Assembly (NCBI GenBank): GCA_951406725.2
Contig: OX597815.1
Location: 43,834,001-43,898,000, forward strand
Reading direction: 5' to 3'
Source of the DNA: Octopus vulgaris
Lineage: Eukaryota
DNA: 64,000 nucleotides
This document shows positions 39,219 to 52,905 of this stretch, piece by piece. The first letter of the stretch is position 1, and the number at the start of each line of letters is the position of its first letter. The notes beneath the pieces are model-generated. The model had not been told where the DNA came from. It did not search any database and worked only from the letters and a program-made list of their open reading frames with translations. A program made the translations under genes and the position numbers.

Positions 39219-39977
39219 CGCGCGTGCGTGCATGAGTGCATGCGTGTAAGAGAGAGAGAGACAGAGAGACAGAGAGACAGAGAGAGACAGAGAGACAGAT
39301 AGACAGACAGACAGATAGACAGATAGACAGACAGACAGATAGACAAACAGATAGACAGACAGACAGATAGACAGATAGACAGACAGATAGACAGACAGAC
39401 AGATAGACAGATAGACAGACAGATAGACAGATAAGACAGATAGACAGACAGATAGACAGATAGACAGATAGACAGACAGATAGACAGACAGACAGACAGA
39501 TAGACAGACAGATAGACAGACAGACAGACAGACATACAGACAGACAGAGTCAAGTATTCTTTTGAATTTCACTAGTTTCGGATCCTGTGCTGGTGTAGCG
39601 CCTTCAAGAGTTTTGTCGACTACATCAAATCCTGTTTATCGGGCGACCAGATTTTACATTTTGCGTCGATGTACGCATCACAATCCGCCAAATTACACCG
39701 GTCTACGCACACACATACTCATATACATGTGTGAGAGTATTTTTCTTAATTACCGCATTGTTCTCACCTTCCCTTTCATCTCACACGCACACCTGCCAGC
39801 TTCTCATTTCTACGCCTTTCTTTCACATACAACCCATCATCTTTCCACACTCCCACGACACCACGATACTTCGTTAACATACATGCACACCTCTACGCAT
39901 CTACATCTTTAAAGAAACCACTAGCACCCCAACACTTCACCTATACCGATCTCTGTGCCTGGATACCCTCCTATACA

Positions 39978-40424
39978 TACCTATTTCTTTACTACCCACA
40001 AGGGCTAAACACAGAGGAGACAAACAAGGTCAGACAGACGGATTAAGTCGATTATATCGACCCAAGTGCGTAACTAGCCCTTAATTTATCGACCCCGAAA
40101 GGATGAAAAGCAAAGTCGACCTCGGCGGAATTTGAACTCAGAACGTAACGGCGTGCTAACGATTCTGCCAGCTTGCTGCCTTAACCCTCTTATACATACC
40201 ATTCACCAACACGCAGAGACACAGAGGAGACAAACAAGGACAGACAGACGGATTAAGTCGATTATATCGACCCAAGTGCGTAACTGGTACTTAATTTATC
40301 GACCCCGAAAGGATGAAAAGCAAAGTCGACCTCGGCGGAATTTGAACTCAGAACGTAACGGCGTGCTAACGATTCTGCCAGCTTGCCGCCTTAACCCTCT
40401 TATACATACCATTCACCAACACGC
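39978..40424 (-). mobile_element. Family B SINE in a 210-bp tandem duplication
   Basis: Near-identical units with period 210 that include non-SINE flank. Confidence 0.9.
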
Positions 40425-40628
40425 CCCTCCTCTTTTTCTAACTCTCCCCCATAGAACCGTATTCCCGCTTGGCCCTTAATCCCTTTCTTTTTTCTTCTTT
40501 TTCTTCCTAACATCCTTTTCTCATTTATATTTCTTCTGATGAAGGATTGGCATCCAAAGCATCAGGACTCTTTCTCTTATTTTAAGCGTTAAATTAATAT
40601 AGTTGTTAAAACTTACCCTTCCCGTGTT

Positions 40629-40845
40629 GGCGGAGAGCTGGCAGAATCGTTAGCACGCCGGACGAAATGCTTAGCTGTATTTCGTCCGCTGCTACGTTCT
40701 GAGTTCAAATTCCGCCGATGTTGACTTTGCCGTTCATCCTTTCGGGGTCAATAAATAAAGTACCAGAGAGACACTGGAGTCAATGTAGCCGACTAGTCCC
40801 CTCCCACAAAATTTCATGACTTTGTGCCTTCAAAAGAAAGGATTT
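40629..40845 (+). mobile_element. Family B SINE
   Basis: ggcggagagctggcagaatcgttagc..ttcatcctttcggggtcaataaataaagtacc. Confidence 0.88.
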
Positions 40846-41440
40846 ATGCTCATTACTAAATACATACATCTGGCACCCCATCGCTTACGACGACGAGGGT
40901 TCCAGTTGATCCGATCAACGGAACAGCTTGCAAGTGGCAAGGATGTCAGGAGAGTTTCTAAGCAAGAATGGACTCAACTTCCGTACGATTAGAACGGAAG
41001 TCACGTATATTGGAGAATGCAATAGTAAACGGAGCAGGTGAGTTAGCTGAGTTTGGTCTGCAATTTCGTTTACTGGAGACCGCCATGATTGAATTGATTA
41101 AAAAGAAAAAAGAAAAAAAGATCAGCAAGGAAGATTTTTCACCGTAAGTAAGCAAGTAATCAGCTTCCCTATAATATAATACGAAGTTAGTGTGGCATCG
41201 GCATATATATATATTTAAGACCGCTGAACTCTGCACGCTTTTTCATTCTCTCTTCTTATTTCCTCTTGTAGGTTTGGAACGTGAAAGATTTTTTCCATTT
41301 TTCCCGAGCGTCAAACTAATGCACTTGTTTGTTGACCCTACATCTGTCTTCGTCTTTTGTTTTTCTATGAATTTCAACTATATATACATACATATATGTG
41401 TGTGTGAGTGTATGTGTGTGAGTGTATGTGTGTGTGTGTG

Positions 41441-41587
41441 GGAGGCGGTGTGGTAAGTAGCTTGCTTACCAGCCACATAGTTCAGTCCCGCTGCGTGGAA
41501 ACTTGGACGAGTGTCTTTTACTATAGCCTCGGTCCGACCAAAGCCTTCTGAATGGATTTGGTGGACGGAAAATGAAAGAAGCCCGTC

Positions 41588-41663
<76 letters not shown>

Positions 41664-41870
41664 TTGTGTGTCTGTGTTTGTCCCCCACCTTCGCTTGACA
41701 ACCGATGTTCATGTGTTTATGTCCCCGTAACAAAGTGGTTCGGCAAAAGAGACCGATAGAGTAAGTTCTAGGCTTACAAATGATAATTCATGGGGTCGAT
41801 TTCTTCGACTAAAGGCGGTGCTTCAGCATGACTGAAATCAAATGACTGAAACTGAAACAAATAAAAAGAT
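41441..41870 (+). mobile_element. SINE family A
   Basis: Head, microsatellite and tail present. Confidence 0.88.
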
Positions 41871-41874
41871 AATA

Positions 41875-41946
<72 letters not shown>

Positions 41947-42000
41947 GCTATATTAAATCTCCGAGCGAGATATAAACAGTAGCAATACGGAATCGTAATA

Positions 42001-42364
42001 TATAATTGGCAACCAAGTGTGGCGTCTTATACGGGACAGTGCCACAGACGTTTATAGCCCCAGGAAGACATCTCTTCCAGCTGGCTAACGACACACATTC
42101 TGTATCTGATTAGTATTTGCGAGGAGAGCTCATTGCTCCCATCTCTAGCCTCACGTGATACACACGCCGAGGACGGGTAACCACCCAGAAACTCGAGTCT
42201 GTTTTTATCAGGTAAGGCTAGAGATGGGAGTGATGACCTCCAATCGCAAATACCAATCGGACACAGACTGTGTGTCGTTAGCCAGCTGAAAGAGATGTCT
42301 TCCTAGGGCTATAAATATCAGTAGCACTGTCCCGTATAGGAAGCCTCACTTGGTTGGCAATTAT
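42001..42364. mobile_element. Fold-back/MITE-like element with ~150-bp inverted arms
   Basis: 42001-42154 is the imperfect reverse complement of 42211-42364. Confidence 0.85.
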
Positions 42365-42708
42365 ACATATAAATACATATACACTAAGTATATATTCGTA
42401 TAGCAGTGAAGATAGACCACGACACCTTTGAGCGAATAAAATGGAGATCGTTGTATTAATATGGTATCAGAAACTTCGTTGCACCCAGCATTAACAGGCT
42501 TAGTAGTAGGCGAGAAACTGCTGCAAATATACCACCTGCATTGACCTGTAATCCCCATTCTTGCAGCATCTGTGAGCTTCTTTGCAAATCGTTGGCAGCA
42601 CTTAAATGTCACATTTGACATAAGCATTGCGACTGACAAACAAAGAATAGGTAGTTAGATCCTCATACGTCGAAACCGACGGGAGAGTCCATCATATATA
42701 TGTGTGTG

Positions 42709-42863
<155 letters not shown>

Positions 42864-42910
42864 CGATCATTCAGTATGTGACCGTGTGTGTATCGTTGGC
42901 AATTTTCTTT

Positions 42911-43840
42911 CTCCAGCAAATCGTCAATGAAGAATCAGACTGAACTCAACTCTAGTCTGATCTATATGCTGTGAGTCAATGGGCAGACAGAAACAAAATG
43001 CAACTAAATGAGGGAAAATTTGAGCTGATGCATTTTGGAAGAAATTCCTCACTAAAACAACCATACTCTCTACCTTCAGGGGAACCGCTCACAGCCTCTA
43101 ACAATATCAGAGACCTGGGTGTAATTGTTGATGACGATCTCAGTTGGAGTGCACACATCAACAAGAAGGTCTATATAGCTCGTAGGATGAGTTCCTGGAT
43201 CTTAAGAACTTTCCGGTCCAGAGAACAAGGTGTCATCATACCACTTTTCTCCTCCTTTGTACGGCCACACCTTGAATACTGCTGCCCACTGTGGTCTCCC
43301 CATACAAGACAAAACATCTCCAGGATTGAGTCACCCCAGAGGGCACTCACTAAACGAATTGAAGGCATGGCTGCTCTCGATTATTGGGATCGCCTTAAAG
43401 CCTTGAAACTTTACTCCCTTCAGCGTCGCCGGGAGCGGTACATCATTTGTACGATGTGGAGAATATACCGCCAACTTTGCCCAAACGACCTTAACATTAG
43501 CTTCAAGGTTCATCCAAGACTGGGACCACGGGCCATACGTCCCCTGCCCAATTCAAGATCACAACATATATGTAGACTGCAACATAATTTCTTTTCCTCA
43601 ACAGGCCCTGCCCTATTTAACATTGTCCCAAGGGAGATAAAGAAGGAAAAGGATCCCATCAACTTTAAGATACCAGATAAGCCACCCATAATTGGATACA
43701 ACTCACCCAACAAGAACTCACTACTTGAACAAAACTTGACTTAAACAGGATTCGAATAATCCTATCAGGTGGTGCTATTAAGTTAGACATGGCCTGGACC
43801 AATCTTTGGTCGAAACATATCTAAGTTGTCTAAGTTAAGT
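42911..43840 (+). mobile_element. CR1/L2-group LINE 3' fragment (RT C-terminus + 3' UTR)
   Basis: QLNEGKFELMHFG, IRDLGVIVD, FVRPHLEYCCPLWSPH, YWDRLKALKLYSLQRRRER; ends in short taagt repeats. Confidence 0.92.
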
Positions 43841-43865
43841 TATATATATATATATACACATATAT

Positions 43866-44108
43866 TCTTTTACTCTTTTAGTTGTTTCAGTCATTTGACT
43901 GCTGCCATGCTGGAGCACCGCCTTTACGCGAGCAAATCGACCCCATTACTTATTCTTTGTAAGCCTAGTACTTATTCTATCGGCTCTTTTGCCGAACCGC
44001 TAAGTACTAGACTTACAAAGATTAAGTCCTGGGGTCGATTTGTTCGACTAAAGGCCGCAATCAAAGGGTCGCAGTCAAATGACTGAAACGAAAGAATAAA
44101 AGAAAAAT

Positions 44109-44150
<42 letters not shown>

Positions 44151-44340
44151 GTCCAGGAGTGGCTGTATGGTAAGTAGCTTGCTTACCAACCACATGGTTC
44201 TGGGTTCATTCCCACTGCGTGGCACCTTGGGCAAGTGTCTTCTACTATAGCCTCGGGCCGACCAAAGCCTTGTGAGTGGATTTGGTAGACGGAAACTGAA
44301 AGAAGCCCGTCGTATATACGTATATATATGTATGTGTGTG
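43866..44340. mobile_element. Family A SINE tails fused back-to-back, plus a head fragment
   Basis: - tail 43866-44005, + tail 44001-44103, + head 44153-44340. Confidence 0.85.
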
Positions 44341-44718
44341 TATATGTTTTTGTGTCTTTATTCTTTTGAATAGTATCAGTGGAATTTTCGAAACATGTGT
44401 CGAAAGTAAAAATATTTGATTACACCTGCGTTAAACTCCATTTATTTATTCATATATATATATATATATGCATGTATGAATATATATATAGTATGTATGT
44501 ATGTATGTATGTATGTATGTATGTATGTATGTATGTATGTATGTATGTATGTATGTATGTACAATTTATGGTGTAATACATGGTTTCGTATAATAATGTG
44601 TTTATCACGGACAGTTCCACTTGCGAATTTGCCTGGTAACGATAAATAAGTGGTAACAATAAATACATTCATATCTCATACCCACTGACTTATAATGGTT
44701 TATAAAAATACATGTATG

Positions 44719-44791
<73 letters not shown>

Positions 44792-45464
44792 GTGTGTGTA
44801 TGTATGTATGTATGTATGTATGTATGTATGTATGTATGTATGTATGTATGTATGTATGTATGTATGTATGTATGTATGTATGTATGTATATGTATGTATG
44901 TGTATGTATTATGAATGAATGTGTGTGTATGTATGTATGAATCTCTGTGTGTTTGTATGCATGTATGTGTGTATATGTATGTATGAATGTATGTGTTTTT
45001 ATGTATGTGTCTGCGTGTTTGTATGCATGTATGTATGCGTGTGTTTGATACTGTCTTTTATATATGACAAAGAAGCTGATTTTACTGTTGATACTTGTGA
45101 GGTCAATAAAATATGTACCAGTGTTATGCTGAGGTTGATCTAACCAACACTAGTCTTTCCACCTCCACTCCACCTTATCCCGCCCCCAAAAAGATAATAA
45201 CAAAAAAAAAACAAAAACAATCTGGCTTTGTAATCTATATTAAAATATATCATTTGTTTTCATGACTTAAAACCTATTTGTATAAATATGTAGTGAGAAA
45301 GGAGAAAAATGTAACAGCGAGGCGTTCATACTTTTCCCAAGGGTTTCAACGGTGCAAATCGTGGGAAAAGCTACGATAATAGATGCCAAGTAAAAATTAG
45401 CATCAAGTTATGATTCTTGATACTTAGTCAGTCACACCTGTTGGACTTAGTAAATATATTCTTT

Positions 45465-45862
45465 TCTTCTCTAGGCATAGGGTCCAAAATTTTTGGGGAG
45501 GGGGCCAGTCGATTAGATCTACCACAGTACGCAACTGGTACTTAATTTATTGACCCCGAAAGGATGAAAGCAAAGTCGACCTCGGCGGAATTTGATCTCA
45601 GAACGTAAAGACAGACGAAATACTGTTAAGCATTTCGCCCGGCGTGCTAACGTTTCTTATTTCTTTATTGTCCACAAGGGGCTACACATAGAGGGGACAA
45701 ACAAGGCCAAACAAAAGGATTAAGTCGCTTACATCAACCCCAGTGCATAACTGATACTTAATTTATCGACCCCGAAAGGATGAAAGGCAAAGTCAACTTC
45801 AGCGGAATTTGAACTCAGAACGTAAGGCCCGGTTTGCTAACGTTTCTGCCAGCTCACCGCCT
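45465..45862 (-). mobile_element. Two tandem family B SINEs
   Basis: The Nin-like motif occurs twice on the minus strand. Confidence 0.88.
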
Positions 45863-46340
45863 TACATAGTAAAAAAAAAAAAAAATTACCTAGCATAGAA
45901 CAAAATATTACATTCACAACTATGCAAGCGTCGTGATTTTAGCGTCTGGGAGGTTTTGTCAGGTGTGGCTTTTTCTTTTCTTTTCTTTTATTTTTTTTTC
46001 TTTGCATTTCGTTTGCAATTCTAAACAAAAATCAAGGTTTCTTTGTTCTGGAATTTCGCATTGTTTTGTGTAGTTTTCATGCGACAGTTGAATCTCACCA
46101 CTTGTTCATTAGTTTGAATTTTGGCGCGAGAAATTACTGAAAACAATCTGAAATGAATAATGTACCACCTCTGGTGAATTTTTAAATAGATTTATAAGTG
46201 TTGGGTTGTAGTATAAGTACGTTCGTACAGTTTGTGTGTGCACGCGCGCGTGTGTGCATTATACATACATATATATACATACATGTATATCTATGCAAAC
46301 ACAATCTCGCACTCTCATATATGCGAAAAATACATACATG

Positions 46341-46430
<90 letters not shown>

Positions 46431-46514
46431 TGTATGTATTTATCTATCTATCTATCTATCTATGCGTATAAGCATACACGTGTCTGTGTGTGTATGTCTA
46501 TGTGTGTGTGTATC

Positions 46515-46545
<31 letters not shown>

Positions 46546-46602
46546 TATAGATGTGTATACATATATGCATACACACATACATGTAGTCGTATATATATAT
46601 AA

Positions 46603-46673
<71 letters not shown>

Positions 46674-46720
46674 CCGTTTGTCCGTTGATTTTAAGGATTG
46701 CTATATGTGTGTGTGCGTGC

Positions 46721-46759
<39 letters not shown>

Positions 46760-47212
46760 TGTGTGTGTGTGTACACACACTTCTACTTGCCTATCTGCTT
46801 ATCTATATCAGGTGTTATTTAATTTACTCTTTATCTTTATCAGGTTCTCATTATTGTCTTCTATATATTATCTCCCGCTCATTTTTCTCTACGCGTTTGT
46901 GTACCGGAATTTATCATTTGAATATGTAGACGTTCACGTAAATGTATTTGTGTAACTCTATTTGTGTGTGTGTGTATACACACATACACACATCTATATG
47001 TATATGTGTCAGCATCTATAAATATTCATGTATACATATAAAATATGTCTATAGTAATCCTTAAAATGATCGGGCAAAAGGCTGGCAAAGATTATATATA
47101 TATATATATATATAGTTAATCCAAACATGAACAAAGAGAAAACATAACAACGCGAGGACGTGGAACAAGTATAGTGTTATTGGACGCTCAGGAAAGGAAA
47201 GAAAGAAAGAGG

Positions 47213-47248
47213 ATTTAACGTTTCGAGCGGAGCTCTTCGTCAGAAACA
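47213..47248 (-). ncRNA. Minimal type I hammerhead-ribozyme-like motif in a Penelope-type terminal repeat (47112-47250)
   Basis: Minus strand reads GUUU-CUGACGA-A-GAGC(UCC)GCUC-GAAA-CGUU-AAAU: intact core boxes, 4-bp stem II, palindromic ACGU stem III, weak stem I. Confidence 0.55.
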
Positions 47249-47693
47249 TGTAAATTATGAAGAGTAGCGGACCCAAAACAGTCCCCTGGGGAACACCGCT
47301 GGTGACTTTTGCTGGGCTTGAGTGGACTCCATCAACTACAACATGTTGTGTTCTATTCGCCAGGAAATACTTAATCCAGTGTAGAACTTTTCCACGGATT
47401 CCAACATTTGCCAATTTTGAGAGTTAGGATATTATGGTCTAGCCTGTCGAACGCTTTACTGAAGTCAAGATATATGACATCAGAGTTCGAACCTGTTCCC
47501 AAGGCTTTGAGTACATCTTCAATGTGGTGTAAGAGCTGTGTCCCTGCCACAGCGAAAGCCATGCTGATTTGCATTTAGGAGTTTGTGGGTCTCCAGGAAG
47601 TCAGCTATCCTTGATCTTAACACTCTTTCAAACACTTTAATGATGTGGGAGGTGAGTGAGATTGGGCGATAGTTGACTGCGAGGGATCTGTTT

Positions 47694-47697
<4 letters not shown>
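47249..47697 (-). mobile_element. CR1/L2-group LINE RT core fragment
   Basis: NYRPISLTSHIIKVFE, QHGFR, YLDFSKAFD, SGVPQGTVLGPLLFIIY with frameshifts. Confidence 0.92.
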
Positions 47698-47780
<83 letters not shown>

Positions 47781-47893
47781 TCGCCATACTAATATGGCAT
47801 TCTTAAAAATAAGAATAAAGCTGTCGCTGATTAGCTCCATCGTTTAGTGAGCGCTATATCGCCTCAAGAGACTTAGTAATTTTAATATTTCAG

Positions 47894-47929
<36 letters not shown>

Positions 47930-48374
47930 GCAGTGGTAAGAAGTTTGCTTCCTAACTCGTTGGTACCCGTTTCTATACTTTAAACAAATTACCGCACAAG
48001 CCATTAGTCATCCTTAAGGATGACGAAGTAATCTTCATCGCTTCGATTGACGAACACGAAATTAAGCAGTCTAGTGTTGATTCTCATGAGATATTAAAAG
48101 TTCTCTTAATGAGTCAATTCAGTGGGGTTTACATGAAACAGTTTAGCTTGGAAGTCATTGACCTAACACAACTCAGTGATAACTCTAATGAATCAGCTTT
48201 GTGACGCTTGTAATGATACAACTCAGTTGTCACTGTAAAGAAACAACACTGATTGTTGTTCTGACGCAACTCGATAGTGGTTGTAATGATACAGCTCAGT
48301 GCTGATGGTAGCGAAACAACTTCGAAAAGCGGCCTAGTAAAAAATGAGGTAGATGTAATAACAATAACAATAAT

Positions 48375-48750
48375 AACAAGAACACTCAGAGAGCGCAAAC
48401 CTCCGCGAAGGCTACACCAATGTCCTCTCAGCGATTAACCGAAGATTATTTTTAAAATGAGAATATCTGAAATAAACTCGACTGCTCACACAAACGAGAA
48501 TACTAAATATGAACCCGAACGCTCTCAAAAATTAAGTAAAAAAAAAAACCGGAAAAATAATCCAGAATCCTTGTCCGGTACCAGATCGATCCCAATATCT
48601 AACCAGTTCGTGCCAATCATGAGGCCAAACATCTCTGAATGTTTCATCCGAATCCATCCAGCGGTTCTTGAGATATCTTGTCCACCGACAAACCAACAAA
48701 CAAGCACAACTGAAAACAGTAACTCTGCCTTCGCTAAGGCGGAGGTAATA
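48375..48750 (+). mobile_element. Helentron-associated (HINE/DINE-like) non-autonomous element
   Basis: Subterminal acctccgcgaagg versus 3' gccttcgctaaggcggaggt hairpin; internal microsatellite-like (caaa)n. Confidence 0.6.
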
Positions 48751-48759
48751 TTAATCTTT

Positions 48760-49640
48760 TTACTATAGGCACGAAGCCTGAAATATCTGAGAGGGCAAAT
48801 CGATTACATTGACCCCCAGGGCCCAACTAGCACTTATTCTATCGACCTTGAAAATGATGAGAGACAACGTCGACGTTAGCGGAATTCGGACTCAGAAACT
48901 AAAGACGGATAAAATGCCGCTAAACATTTTGTTCGGCGTGAAAACATCTCTGCCAGCTAATGACCTGTAATTGGTTTCAAATTTTGGCATAAGGTCGGCT
49001 GTTTTCGAGGACTGGATAAATCAATTATATCGACCTCAGTACAAGGTTGGTGTTTATTTTGTCGACCACAAATGGATAAAAGGCAAAGTCGACTTCGGCG
49101 GAATTTGAACTTAGAACGTAAAGAGCCGGTAGAAATACCGCAACGCATTTTGTCTGATATACTGAGCATTCTGCCAGTTCACCACCTTAGTTAACAATAA
49201 TAACAACACCTTGGACGAAATACCGCTTAGCATTTCGTCCGGGGTGCAAACAACTCTGCCAACTCGTCACTTTTAATTGGCTTCCAGTTTTGGTATAAAG
49301 TCTTGTCCGGCGTGCAAGTAACTCTTTAATTGACTTCAAATTTTGGCACAAGGCCTGCAGTTTGGAGGGACTGCTCTTTTCTTCCTCTTTGTTTCTTTGT
49401 TTTTTACCAGTTTTCATTGCGTATTTATTTCCTCTTTGAGGGTTTCAATTTCCCTCCTATTTCCCTCTTTTACGTTACAGATAGTTACTGGACAGATATT
49501 TATTTGATCGACCACAAACGAATGAAAGGCAAAGTCGACTTCGGCGGAACTTGAACTCACAACGTAAAGAGCCGGTAGAAATGCTGCAATGCGTTTTGTC
49601 CGAAGCGTTAAGGATTCTACCAGTTCACTACCTTAGTTAA
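48760..49640 (-). mobile_element. Cluster of diverged family B SINEs
   Basis: Three to four copies of gaaaggcaaagtcgacttcggcggaatttgaact. Confidence 0.8.
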
Positions 49641-49885
49641 CAATAATACCAATACCCTTTACTTTTTTTTAACCGTTTACTTGTTTCGCTTTTTGCACTG
49701 CGGCCATGCGATCATAATAAGCTTACTTAATGTTTTTTAAAAGTGGTTTTGAGAACTGGAAACCCATTTCATAGCATTAAGACATACGTTTCGGTAATTC
49801 AGGGAAAGGAATATAATTTTTATATTCCCCATTATTTCTGTTCATTTCATTTTTAACTACACTGCTTTCCTCAAAGATTACGCAC

Positions 49886-49949
<64 letters not shown>

Positions 49950-50273
49950 TATCTATTCAAAACGCATTGCAGATAAATATAAAGAGAAAAGAAGAAGTGC
50001 AGGCACAAGATTACAACCGTGCCTTAATCTACAAATGACGGAGAACTGTTCAACAAGCTTATTTTGATGAAAAACGCAACCCAATATACAGTCACCGTAG
50101 TTCTTGAATCAGCGAAATGAAGTTTTATGACCAACTAAAACGTTGAAGAATCATCCACCTGGCTTCTCTTAGTAGTCCGTGAAAAACGTTTTCCAGGTCA
50201 TAGAAGATATGGAAGAGTGGTTTCTGCTTTTCTATTTTTAAAATGTCTTCCTCATAAAATCATGCCAAGTGTC

Positions 50274-50335
<62 letters not shown>

Positions 50336-50479
50336 CTACTTAGCTATCTGCTTATCTGTATCAGGTGTTACTTAATTTACTGTTTATCTTTATCAGGTTC
50401 ACACTATTGTTTTCTATATATTATCTCCCGCTCAATTTTCTCTTCGCGTCTGTGTACCGGAATTTATCATTTGAATCAT

Positions 50480-50900
50480 GTCCGAAGTGCATGAAAACCA
50501 CATTGAGATTCGGGAAAAATCCATATCAAGATGGCCGTTTAGACGGACTTTTGCAAATATTTTCCCTGGAATGGTGACCAATGATATTCCGCGATAATTC
50601 CTTGCATTTAAAAATTCATTTGGAACCTGGCGATCTTGACAAATTTTGGGGATCAAAGAGGAAAGAATGATTATGAGACATAGTCCCCCCTGTTTCAGGC
50701 ATTCAAGAGGGATGTTATCTGCCCTGGGAATTTTCGCAATTTCGTTCTGTTCAAGATCCTTTTAAATTCTCGTAATGGTGGCTGCATACTTAACTACGGC
50801 TGCTCAGGATGATATGGGACATTTCCCACGATATCCTCTGTTGCTGATGAATTCCGATTCAGCAGTGAGAGAAAATGTTTCTTCCAGCATTCGACAATAT
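50480..50900 (-). mobile_element. Old LINE (RTE-like) RT N-terminal fragment
   Basis: PRADNIPLECLKQGG and VPNEF..RNYRGISLVTIPGKIFAKV. Confidence 0.65.
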
Positions 50901-52703
50901 CTTATAGATTTGTTAAGATGTTGTCGAAGTATGCAGCTGAAAGCTTGCCCATTGATGGTCGTTATTAGAACTGAGAGAGTGCCCTCAAATTTTTCTATTA
51001 CTTGACATATAGAAGGGAAAAAGGAGAATCTTTGTCAATGAAGAGAAATACATTGTCAACCAGCTAACTCAACATACGTCATAACTGTATGACTGTTGCA
51101 GTCAAGCCTGCCGCTGTTTTTGCTGTCATGCAAAGACAGAATCCAGCATTGATGATAGTGTTTAGAGCCTTTGCAAGCGACGAGAATATGACTACATTCC
51201 ATTTCATCAAAGCGGCTCTGGACATCAAAGTATCTCATTAGTTGAGCATGATAAACCATGTTCTGATCTTTGGTTTACTAAATATCATGATCCGAAAGAG
51301 GTTATGTCCGTACAAGACACATCACTAGCACGAGATTCAAAGTGAGTGCAGACTTATTTCTAAGTGAAGCTTTCACTGTTTGTTACTAAAGTCTGGATTT
51401 CTAACTTAGCATATTTCAATTTATGTGATGTCTGTACGTGAGGTGTCAACAAAGACGAGATCAATTCAATTGTTCATAGCAGCTTCCCTAAGTTAAATCA
51501 GTGGTTAAGAAAAGCATCGGGTTTACAAATGAGGATGAAGTAGAGGGTATTTTCAGGCTTTGGGCATCCGCATTCAGTTGATTGCTGATGGTGGACATAT
51601 TTTGAAAATATACCCACCTCCTAGCATTATTTTACAAGGTTAGAAACGGTACGGTTTTATGTGCATAAACGGTCCGCGCGCTCATACGTGTATGCGTGTT
51701 TTTACCTGTGTTCATGTTTGCGTTAGTGATTGACACGACACCTCGAGTTAAACATGATCAATGTTGAGACAAAATGATAAAAATATAAAACGATACCTAA
51801 ATACTTGGGTCGCTATGATCTACTAAATATATATATATATATATAAAAAACCTAACCGAGTTCAGCATGAGAATAATAGAATATGCATATCCATGTACGT
51901 ATACATGGACACACATACACACGTCTGTGTGTGTGATGGTGTGTATGTATACATACATGCATACATTCATACATACATACATACATACATGCATACATAC
52001 ATACACACATACATACCTACATACAGACATACATACATACACACACGCGCGCGCGCACGCACACACGCACGCACACACATTTATGTAGTGAACATACATA
52101 TGTGTTATAATATATGCCGATATAAAAGCATACATATTCATGTATGTTCACGCATCCGTCTTCTAATTCGATTGTCTTTCTTTCTTCCCGTCCCACCCTG
52201 CCAAACACTCCTCTGTTATCTTCTTTTTTTTGTTTCGTTTTTCAATTATTTTTATCTTCAAAAATCCCCCCCTTCATCGTCTCCCTCCATCCTTCTCTCT
52301 CTCCCTCCATCCTTCTCTCTCTCCCTCCATCCTTCTCTTTCTCCCTCCCCCTCTCTCTCCCTCTTTCGACTGCTCTCTCTCTCTTTCTGTTTCCTATCCA
52401 TCTCAAATTTGTCTTCAAAATATTATCCCGTTTATTTCCAGGCTCTTTCTCTTTTTAACCTCTGACTACTACATTGTCTTTTTCTAACAAATACATACAT
52501 TACGTACGTACACACACGCACGCACACATATAATAAAGTCACATACACACATACATACATGCATACACACATAATGCATACATACATACATACATACATA
52601 CATACATAAATACAGACAGACAGACAGATAGTCAGACAGACAGAGTTAGATATATTTACATACATGCACATATATATACATAAAATAACAAAACACTGGG
52701 ATT

Positions 52704-52806
<103 letters not shown>

Positions 52807-52828
52807 ATATATATATATATATATAAAT

Positions 52829-52867
<39 letters not shown>

Positions 52868-52869
52868 GG

Positions 52870-52905
<36 letters not shown>

